Source of the DNA: an uncultured Acidobacteriota bacterium | Lineage (GTDB): Bacteria; Acidobacteriota; Thermoanaerobaculia; Gp7-AA8 | Reading direction: 5' to 3' | Assembly: GCA_963822445.1 (NCBI GenBank) | Contig: CAWGHO010000001.1 | Location: forward strand, 1,195,967-1,259,966 | Length of the DNA stretch: 64,000 bases | In this document: one piece after another, positions 33,580-41,139 of the stretch | Layout of the letters: each line of letters starts with the position of its first letter | Numbering within the stretch: position 1 is the stretch's first letter | Made by a program: the position numbers and the translations under genes | The notes under the pieces: generated by a model | Told to the model about the DNA's origin: nothing | The model's database searches: none | The model's input: only the letters and a program-made list of their open reading frames with translations

Positions 33580-34011
33580 CTCAGGCGATAGACGTTCGTC
33601 GAGAAGCACCCTTTCCATGAACGCTTCGTATCTCGCACGTTGAACGCGTGCGTGGCGCGGCGCCGCGCCCAGGCGACGCGGACGCACGACTTCCAACCGC
33701 GCACAATTCGCTCGATGAAATAGACGGAGGTTTGCGAATCGGTTCGGGCAACATGGCAAAGCGCCAAGCGCCCCATCGGTGGCATCTTCAATCTAGCGCA
33801 TCTCACGCGATCACCCTACTGTCCGCATGCCATTCAAACCGCGCAATAGACGGCGACCTCTATCGTTGCGGTGGTCGCTAAGCCAGTGCGTCTATTGGTT
33901 ATTCGGTCGACGAACACAAAAAGCTTAAGGTGGCTTTATGGGAGCCCGACCGCGCCTGACTCACGCCGCAGGCCGAGTGTCGGACGATCACATGCTATTC
34001 TTGATCTGCCG

Positions 34012-34545
34012 ATGCAGAGCTCGAGAGGCATAGTTGTACGTGCAGCGACTTGGGTGGTCGCGGCCTTCCTTGCTTCGGGGTTCCAATTTTCAACCTCCGC
34101 GCAGGAATCGCAGCGTCTCACGGCAAGCGATGCATTCGCCATGTACTCATCGATGCTTGCCGAGATTTCACACGCGTCGCTCGACGACTTTAAAACTGTC
34201 ATCGGCTTGCTTGAACGAGACGGCTTCCGAAAGGCGTCCGACAACTCCTGGCGTTTCCGAAACGAAAGCGGCAGCGTCGTCGTCGCCGCGTACCCAGAGC
34301 AGGGATCGTACTTTGTCTCGCTTGCGCCCAAGAATACAGGTCCGTTCGGCGATGCTGCTCTGGCCGCCCTGATAGCCAAGGCGGAGGCAGTCATGCTCGA
34401 CAGCGGCGGACAATCCATCGAGATATTGCTTCGCCGATCGAACCAGCAACGTCTTGGGAAGACCGTCGAGGTCAGCGAGTACATCTACGTCGCCCTGAAT
34501 GGTGCCATCTGGTGGCGAACGTCACGCGCAATCGTATGGCGCTAA
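34012..34545 (+). CDS. Cassette ORF: secreted or periplasmic protein of unknown function (~177 aa)
   Basis: Start chosen at MQSSRGIVVRAATWVVAAFLASGFQFSTSAQ (signal-peptide-like); the tool's ORF begins at a GTG at 33871. Stop TAA at 34543-45, just before the attC. Confidence 0.5.
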   Translation: MQSSRGIVVRAATWVVAAFLASGFQFSTSAQESQRLTASDAFAMYSSMLAEISHASLDDFKTVIGLLERDGFRKASDNSWRFRNESGSVVVAAYPEQGSYFVSLAPKNTGPFGDAALAALIAKAEAVMLDSGGQSIEILLRRSNQQRLGKTVEVSEYIYVALNGAIWWRTSRAIVWR

Positions 34546-34550
34546 ACGCG

Positions 34551-34748
34551 GCATAACTACTGCCAGGAGCTGTCGCGGCCCGGCTTCGGTCCGCCGGCCG
34601 AGCCGGCTGCTTTTTCGCCAGAGGGACGGCGTCACGGCGGTTGCAGGTCGCCACTCGCTGCATCGCAGTTCATTGGCGGCAACCGCCGCGCCGCTCCGGC
34701 TTCGGCGCGCGGGCCCTGGCCGCGCAGCTCAGGCGATAGACGTTAGCC
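34551..34748 (+). other. attC B (~200 bp): R'' GCATAAC … R' GTTAGCC
   Basis: The reverse complement of the left end, CAGCTCCTGGCAGTAGTTATGC, pairs with the right end CAGCTCAGGCGATAGACGTTAGCC with extrahelical bulges, an attC-like imperfect palindrome. Confidence 0.6.
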
Positions 34749-34847
34749 TGACACCGAGAGAGAGCGCCAGAACTCATACTTTCGAGCGCCGCATCCCGAT
34801 GACGTACTCGTGACGTAAGTCTCGGCACTCGTGTAAGATCGTTCGCA

Positions 34848-35072
34848 ATGCCACAAGCCTTCGACACCTCGCCGCGCGCAGCAGCCGTACACGCCCAGCT
34901 CTATCGTGACATCGGCCCAGCGAAGCGAGCTGAAATCATGGCGGAGCTCAGCGACGCGCTACGAGATCTCGCTGCGGCCGGCGTCCGGCGACGACATCCT
35001 GAGTACGATGACGAGCGTGTTCGAAAAGAAGTCCTCGCGGTCTTCTATGGCCGCGGTCGAACGTCGCTGTGA
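34848..35072 (+). CDS. Small cassette protein (74 aa), putative antitoxin partner of the downstream nucleotidyltransferase
   Basis: 4-bp ATGA overlap with the next ORF. The size and position match MenA-type antitoxins placed upstream of MenT-type toxins. Confidence 0.45.
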   Translation: MPQAFDTSPRAAAVHAQLYRDIGPAKRAEIMAELSDALRDLAAAGVRRRHPEYDDERVRKEVLAVFYGRGRTSL

Positions 35073-35626
35073 GCCTCCGAGACGCTTTTCGAAACATGCG
35101 AGATGCTCTTGAGGAGCTTGGAATACCGTACATGGTGACGGGTTCCGTCGCGAGCTCCGTGCACGGTGTTCCGCGAGCTACTCAAGACATCGATGTGATC
35201 ATCGAGCCGACACGTGACCAGCTAGTTGCGCTCTTAAACAGGTTTTCCGAACCAATCTACGACGCCGATCGCGACGACGCTTTGGATGCTCTCAATCGAC
35301 GATCAATGTTCAGCGTGATCGATCGCAGAGGCATATGGAAGATCGACTTCATCGTTCGCAAGCAGCGTCCGTTCAGTAAGAAAGAATTTGACCGACGGGT
35401 GAGAATCGATATTCTCGATGTTTTAGTGTATTCGGCGACACCGGAAGATGTACTCCTTGCAAAGCTCGAGTGGGCGAAATTGGGTGAATCCGAACGCCAG
35501 ATCCGTGATGCTGCAGGCATCATCGAAATTCAGGGCGAGAAGCTTGACCGTGAGTATGTGGAGCGGTGGGCCGCAGCCCTGGATATTGAGGATCAATTGC
35601 ACGCAGCACGAGCAAAGGCAGGCTAA
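35069..35626 (+). CDS. Pol-beta superfamily nucleotidyltransferase (185 aa), MenT/AbiEii-like putative toxin
   Basis: GSVASSVHGVPRATQDIDVII fits the hG[GS]x9-13DhD NTase motif, followed by KIDFIV (third acidic residue). The stop TAA lies inside the attC core GGCTAAC. Confidence 0.55.
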   Translation: MSLRDAFRNMRDALEELGIPYMVTGSVASSVHGVPRATQDIDVIIEPTRDQLVALLNRFSEPIYDADRDDALDALNRRSMFSVIDRRGIWKIDFIVRKQRPFSKKEFDRRVRIDILDVLVYSATPEDVLLAKLEWAKLGESERQIRDAAGIIEIQGEKLDREYVERWAAALDIEDQLHAARAKAG

Positions 35627-35794
35627 CTACTGCCCGAGGCTGTCGGAGAGCCGTCTGCCGCGCCCGGCGCTGAAGCGCCTCGTGAAGCGTTGCTTGCCCG
35701 CGGAAGGCCGGCCATCCCTACGCGCCACGGCGCCGAGGAGCGCGCCACGCAAACCCTACCCACGCGGAACCTCGCCGCATCTCACGCGTTAGAC
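35621..35794 (+). other. attC C (~170 bp): R'' GGCTAAC … R' GTTAGAC; last attC of the array
   Basis: GGCTAACTACTGCCCGAGGCTGTCGG … CGCCGCATCTCACGCGTTAGAC. More diverged than A and B, but the same architecture. Confidence 0.5.
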
Positions 35795-35853
35795 GCTGGA
35801 TTGCCCTCGATTCCGATAGCATCGAGCCCCGTAGCCGTCAGGGAGGGAGAAAG

Positions 35854-37020
35854 ATGACGTACCGCGTTCTTATATTCACCTTGCTCGCGCTCTGCGTGAG
35901 CGCAACCGCCGCGTCGCAGCCGGTCGTCGTCGGGCAAAGCCACCGCCTTCGTTCATCGGTCCTGAACGAAGACCGCACTTACCGCGTTCATCTTCCGGCG
36001 AGCTATGGATGGGCGAAGGATCGGCGATATCCGGTTCTGTACGTGCTCGATGGCGCGACGCATTTTCTGCACACGTCCGGGTCCGCCGGCTATCTCGCGG
36101 CGCAGGGCGAGATCCCGGAAATGATCGTGGTTGCGCTCGACAGCACCGTCCGGATCAGAGACTTCACCCAGTCGGACTGGTCGAGCGCATGGGTTGGAGG
36201 AGGGGGCGCGGCGAACTTCAAGCGCTTCCTTTCCACCGAGCTCATTCCGAACATCGAGCGCGCTTATCGCACCAACGGGTTCCGCGTGCTGGCCGGCCAC
36301 TCCGCCGGTGGACAGTTCGTCCTGTACTGCCTCACCTCCGAGCCGTCTCTCTTTCAGGCCTACATGGCGTTCAGCCCGAGTCTCGACTGGGACGACAACC
36401 TGCCCCAGAAATCGCTGGCCAAATCGTTCGACTCGACGCGCTCGCTGAAGGCGTTTCTGTACGTCGCGCGATCGGATGATTCCGGCCGCGCATTGGAGGA
36501 TTACGACCGGCTGGTGGAAACCCTGAAAACGAAATCGCCGCAGGGATTCCGCTGGCACAGCCAGCCCTATCCTGACGAAACCCACGGCAGCATTCCTTTG
36601 CTCGCACAGATCGATGCCCTTCGCCGACTGTACTCCGGTTACCGGTTTCACGGAGACCTGGTGTCGAAGGGCCTCGACTTCGCGGAGAAGCATTTCGAAG
36701 AGGTCTCCAGGACCGTGGGATGGCCTCTGCCCGTTCCCGAAAGCGTGATCAACGATTTCGGTTACGACGCGCTGGCGGCGGGGAAAACGGAAGCTGCCAT
36801 TACTCTCTTCACGCGCAACGTTCTGGCGAATCCGAATTCCGCCAACGCCTACGACAGTCTGGCGGACGCGTATGAAAAGGCGGAGAACTGGAAAGAAGCG
36901 GCAAAAGCAGCAGAGAAAGCCGCCGCTCTGGCTATAGAGTTCGACCTTGCCAACCGGGAGTACTTCATTCAGCACGCCGCAAAAATGAAGGCCCGGCTCG
37001 AACAGGAATCGAAACCATGA
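35854..37020 (+). CDS. Secreted 'putative esterase' family alpha/beta-hydrolase (enterochelin-esterase / esterase-D-like) with a C-terminal TPR region
   Basis: Signal peptide. YPVLYVLDGATHF, and GHSAGGQFVLYCL (a GxSxG nucleophile elbow). Confidence 0.75.
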   Translation: MTYRVLIFTLLALCVSATAASQPVVVGQSHRLRSSVLNEDRTYRVHLPASYGWAKDRRYPVLYVLDGATHFLHTSGSAGYLAAQGEIPEMIVVALDSTVRIRDFTQSDWSSAWVGGGGAANFKRFLSTELIPNIERAYRTNGFRVLAGHSAGGQFVLYCLTSEPSLFQAYMAFSPSLDWDDNLPQKSLAKSFDSTRSLKAFLYVARSDDSGRALEDYDRLVETLKTKSPQGFRWHSQPYPDETHGSIPLLAQIDALRRLYSGYRFHGDLVSKGLDFAEKHFEEVSRTVGWPLPVPESVINDFGYDALAAGKTEAAITLFTRNVLANPNSANAYDSLADAYEKAENWKEAAKAAEKAAALAIEFDLANREYFIQHAAKMKARLEQESKP

Positions 37021-37391
37021 TCAACGGCTTTCACGGCGTTCGCTATCAGGTGAAGGATGTCGCCCGATCGATCGACTTCTACACCGAACATCTCGGCTTC
37101 AAACTGGAGCACAAGCAGCTTCCCGCGTTTGCCGCTCTTTCCCTCGGCGCGCTCCCGCTCCTGCTGAGCGGGCCCGGCGCTTCGGGCTCGCGTCTCGTCA
37201 ATGGCGAGCCTCAGGAGCCGGGCGGCTGGAATCGCATCGTTCTTCGCGTTGCCGATCTTTCGTCATTCATCGAGGCCCTAAGCAAGGCCGGTCTCCGGTT
37301 TCGAGGCGAAATGCAGGTTGGCCCGGGAGGAAAGCAGATTCAATTGCTCGACCCCGACGGCAATCCGATCGAGCTATTCGAGCCGGCCTAG
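37017..37391 (+). CDS. VOC/glyoxalase-bleomycin-resistance family protein
   Basis: 124 aa with a betaalphabetabetabeta module (FHGVRYQVKDVARSIDFYTEHLGF…). ATGA overlap with the esterase gene. Confidence 0.75.
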   Translation: MINGFHGVRYQVKDVARSIDFYTEHLGFKLEHKQLPAFAALSLGALPLLLSGPGASGSRLVNGEPQEPGGWNRIVLRVADLSSFIEALSKAGLRFRGEMQVGPGGKQIQLLDPDGNPIELFEPA

Positions 37392-39665
37392 GATCTCCTG
37401 ATACCTGGCCTCCCCTCGCAGCGGCTCGAACGGCGGCGAGACGCGCATGGCCGACAGCCAGTAATCGCGATTCGCATACGCCTCGTCGAGCAGCGCCGTG
37501 GCGCGGGCGCGATCGCCGAGGAGGTACCAGGTGCCCGCTCGCAAAGCGGGGGTATGGGTGATGCCGGGCGAGGTCGGGCCGAGATCCTCGAGTGTGGCGA
37601 TGGCCGCGACGCGGTCGCCGGTGCGCGCGTACGCGTAGGCGAGAAACGACTTCGAGACCGGGAAGTTCCGCGATGCCGAGTAGCGAAGACCCTCGATGGC
37701 TTTCGCGTAATCGCCCGAAGCCAGCGCGACGTAGCCGCGGATGTGCCGCGGATACAGCGCGTTCGGATCGAGCTCGATGGTCTCGTCGATCTGCTTCGTC
37801 GCTTCCTCGCGACGCCCGGCGTGCACGAGCGCGAAGGCGACGTTCGACTGGATCTGCGTCGAGAACGGATCGAGCCGCGCCGCTTCCTGCATCTGTCCGA
37901 CGCCCTCCTGCGCGCGGCCGACGTTCACGAGGTAGACGCCATACCAGTGATGGGCGACGGCGTAGTTCGGATTGAGCTCGAGCGCGCGGCGGAACGATCG
38001 CTCGGCGGACGGCAGGTCGAGGAGGCAACAGAGATTCAGGTATCCGAGGGATGTGTGGGCTTCGGCGAGGCTCTCGTCGAGCTTCAGCGCCTGCCGCGCC
38101 GCGGAGACCGCGCGATCGCACGCCTGCCGCCACGGTGCCGTGCCGAGTTGCATCTGCCCGATGTACGCATCAGCAACGCCGCTGTAGGCGCGGCCATAAG
38201 TCGGGTCGGCTTCCAGGGCCTGTTGAAAGAAGCCGTGCGCCTTCGCCAGCGACTCGGCATCGCGCTTGTTCCAGAAATAGCGGCCCTTGAGATAGAGGTC
38301 CGTCGCCGCGCGGCTCTCCGTCGGTGCAGGAGGCGGCGATGTACGTCCACCGCCTCGCAACGCGCTGGTGACATCGCCGGAGATCTGGCGCTCGATGGCG
38401 AGCACGTCGTGCTCGTACTGCCTTCCCCAGAGCCGCGTGCCGTCGGCGGCGTCCACGAGCTCCGCGTCGACGAGCAGCCGCTTCCCCGAGCGCCGCACCT
38501 GCCCGGCCACGATCGCGTCGACGCCGAGCTCCTTCGCCACCGCCGGAAGCGCTTTGTCCGTGTTCTTGTAGCGAAAGGCCGTCGTTCTCGCGATGACGCG
38601 AAGATCGGGCACGCGCGAGAGATCGTTGAGTAACGCGTCGGTCACGCCGTCGCTGAGATATTCGAGATTCGCGTCGCCGGTGACGTTCCCGAACGGAATC
38701 ACCACCAGCGATTTCACGATTCGCGTCGGTGCCCTGTCCCGAAACAGCAGCGCGACCGCGGTCGCAATCACTGCGGCGGCGATCGCCAACGCCAGAACGC
38801 GCGAGCGCTTGCGTTTCGGTTCCGCGGCCGGCTTCCCCGCCAGCACTTCGCGCAGATCGATCGCGAGATCGCGCGCGGAGTGATAACGATCGTCCGGCTT
38901 CTTCGCGAGGCAGCGGCGGACGATGCGGTCGAGAGCCTCAGGATCGAGTGGCCGAGGCTGTCCGCTGACGATGTTCGAGAGGACGTCGAAGGACGACTCC
39001 CCTTCGAACGCCCGCCGCCGCGCGATGGCTTCGTAGAGGATGCAGCCCGCCGCGAAGATGTCGCTGCGCGCGTCGGCGGTTTTGCCGCGAATCTGTTCGG
39101 GCGAGATGTAGCCGGCTGTGCCGACGACGACGCGCGACTCGGGATCGAGCGGCGTCGTCGCATCGGTCGATCCTGCAATTTGCGGGACCTGCAGCTTCGC
39201 CAGACCGAAGTCGAGGATCTTCGCGTAACCGTCCGCGGTGACCATCACGTTGTCCGGCTTCAGATCGCGATGCACGATCCCCGCGGCGTGCGCCTTGGCC
39301 AGCCCCTCGACGACCTGCACGCAATAGCCGAGCAATTCGTCGCGCGATACTTCGGGATCGTTGATCAGGTCGCGCAGGCTGCGCCCTTCGATCAGTTCCG
39401 AGACCATGTAACTCCGCCCGTCGGCCTCGCCGAAGCCGTGCACGGTGAGGATGTTCGGATGATTCAGCGCCGACGCCGCCTCGGCCTCCCGCCGGAACCG
39501 CGCCACGGCGTCCGCGTCGTTCGCCAGATATGTCGCGAGCACTTTCACGGCGACGTCGCGGCGCAGCTTCAGGTCGCGGGCGCGATAGACCTCGCCCATT
39601 CCTCCCGCGCCGAGGAACGAGACCACTTCGTAGTCGCCGAGGCGCGTGCCGGGCTCGATGCGCAT
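37374..39665 (-). CDS. Ser/Thr protein kinase with a TM helix and an extracytoplasmic TPR-repeat domain
   Basis: Hanks kinase motifs GAGGMGEVYRA, VAVKVL, HRDLKPDNVMV, DFGLAKL. TM helix VLALAIAAAVIATAVALLF. C-terminal TPR repeats. Confidence 0.85.
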   Translation of the reverse strand: MRIEPGTRLGDYEVVSFLGAGGMGEVYRARDLKLRRDVAVKVLATYLANDADAVARFRREAEAASALNHPNILTVHGFGEADGRSYMVSELIEGRSLRDLINDPEVSRDELLGYCVQVVEGLAKAHAAGIVHRDLKPDNVMVTADGYAKILDFGLAKLQVPQIAGSTDATTPLDPESRVVVGTAGYISPEQIRGKTADARSDIFAAGCILYEAIARRRAFEGESSFDVLSNIVSGQPRPLDPEALDRIVRRCLAKKPDDRYHSARDLAIDLREVLAGKPAAEPKRKRSRVLALAIAAAVIATAVALLFRDRAPTRIVKSLVVIPFGNVTGDANLEYLSDGVTDALLNDLSRVPDLRVIARTTAFRYKNTDKALPAVAKELGVDAIVAGQVRRSGKRLLVDAELVDAADGTRLWGRQYEHDVLAIERQISGDVTSALRGGGRTSPPPAPTESRAATDLYLKGRYFWNKRDAESLAKAHGFFQQALEADPTYGRAYSGVADAYIGQMQLGTAPWRQACDRAVSAARQALKLDESLAEAHTSLGYLNLCCLLDLPSAERSFRRALELNPNYAVAHHWYGVYLVNVGRAQEGVGQMQEAARLDPFSTQIQSNVAFALVHAGRREEATKQIDETIELDPNALYPRHIRGYVALASGDYAKAIEGLRYSASRNFPVSKSFLAYAYARTGDRVAAIATLEDLGPTSPGITHTPALRAGTWYLLGDRARATALLDEAYANRDYWLSAMRVSPPFEPLRGEARYQEILGRLE

Positions 39666-39723
39666 GATGTGAGATCGCGATTATGGCGAAACCGGAGCGC
39701 CGGACCCAGCATCGAAGGGCGTA

Positions 39724-40361
39724 TGGATGAAGAGCAACGCCGATTGGTGCGCAAGCATCCGCTGGCGATCCGCTGGTTTCACTGGATCAACTTCCCGCTC
39801 CTCGCGCTCATGATCTGGAGCGGGATCCTCATTTACTGGGCGTATCCGGCCTACATCACCTTCGACCAGAAACTCTGGCGGGCGCTGGGCATCAACAACC
39901 GGCTGGCCGAGGGGATGGCGCTGCATTTCTTCTTCATGTGGCTGTTCGGCGTGAACGGCGTGCTGTACGTCGCGTACACGATCGTCTCCGGCGAATGGCG
40001 CGAGCTCGTTCCGCGCCGCGGTACGTTGCGCGAAGCGTGGCAGGTCGTGCTGCACGACCTGCGGATCCGCAAGGAACCTCTGCCTCGGAAGAAGTTCAAC
40101 GGCGCGCAGCAGATCGCCTACACGTCGGTGGTGCTCATGGGATTCGGCTCGCTGGTGAGCGGCCTGGCGATTTACAGGCCGGTGCAGTTCGCCTGGCTGG
40201 CCTGGATGTTCGGCGGATACCAGGGCGCGCGGCTCGTGCACTTCCTGCTCACCGTCGGTTACGTCCTCTTCTTCATCGTGCACATCGCCCAGGTCGTGCG
40301 CGCGGGATGGAACAACTTCCGGGCGATGGTCATCGGCGTCGAGGTCGTGAATGAGCGATGA
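39724..40361 (+). CDS. Di-haem cytochrome b membrane subunit (YedZ/MsrQ- or PhsC-like), partner of the downstream Mo-oxidoreductase
   Basis: 212 aa with four TM helices and conserved His (HWINFPLLALMIWSGILIY, …LHFFFMW…, …LVHFLLTVGYVLFFIVHI…). Confidence 0.6.
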
Positions 40362-41080
40362 CGTCGACAAAGAAATCAAGCGTCTGACCCGGCGCGGATT
40401 CCTCACCGCCGCGATCGCGGCCGGCGCCGGCTACGCGAGCTACAAGTGGCTTCGCACGCGTCCACGCGAAGGCGGCGTGGAATGGCCGATGCGGCGGGTG
40501 CTGCAGGCGAATGAAGCGCTGTCCAGCGCCTACTTCAGCACCGCGCGGCTCAGTCCTCAATTCGATCGCGGCGATATCACCCGCGCCCGCATCAACGGCC
40601 GTCTCGGATTGCAGTCGGCTTTCGATCCGGAACAGTGGCGTCTGAAGATCGAAGGGGCGGCGCAAGCTGTCGCGCTCACGCTGGACGAGATCAAGGCGCT
40701 CCCGCGGCACGAGATGATCACCGAGCTGCGATGCATCGAGGGCTGGTCGACGATCAACCAGTGGGCGGGCGCGCGGCTGCGCGGATGTGATCGCGAACTA
40801 CCCGCCGCAGCACGACTCGAAATTCGTCGGCATCGAGACGCCGGACCGCGCGTACTACGTGGGGCTGGACATCGAGAGCGCCCTCCATCCGCAGACGCTC
40901 CTCGCCTACGAAATGAACGGCGCGCCGCTGGCCGCGCTGCATGGCGCGCCGCTGCGGCTGGCCATCCCGGTGAAGTACGGGATCAAGAACATCAAGCGCA
41001 TCGGCACGATCCGTTACACGAACGTGCGGCCGGCCGATTTCTGGGCCGAGCGCGGATACGACTGGTACGCGGGGCATTAG
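40351..41080 (+). pseudogene. msrP: MsrP/YedY-like molybdopterin oxidoreductase (sulfite-oxidase fold), single-base frameshift near 40783
   Basis: Tat-like N-terminus RRGFLTAAIAAGAG. ELRCIEGWSTINQWAGARL matches the MsrP Mo-site region. The C-terminal half (DVIANYPPQHDSKFVGIETPDRAYYVGLDIESALHPQ…) continues in frame 40787..41080. Confidence 0.65.
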
Positions 41081-41123
41081 CGACCTCCCGTCACCGCCTC
41101 CCGGCCCCTTTCCATGCTAATGT

Positions 41124-41139
41124 CGTTGGGGTCCCAACG
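41124..41139 (+). promoter_or_regulatory. 16-bp palindrome CGTTGGGGTCCCAACG abutting the ATG of the diguanylate cyclase gene
   Basis: Direct reading; it occupies the ribosome-binding-site position. Confidence 0.3.

Noticed and set aside
33496-33806. Minus-strand ORFs (87-94 aa) in the leader of cassette 2
   Set aside because: No start or ribosome-binding-site support; they overlap the attC A right arm. Likely spurious.
38880-39723. N-terminal 281-aa extension of ORF 38880..40361
   Set aside because: Antisense to the Ser/Thr kinase; cytochrome b starts at 39724 (MDEEQRRLV).
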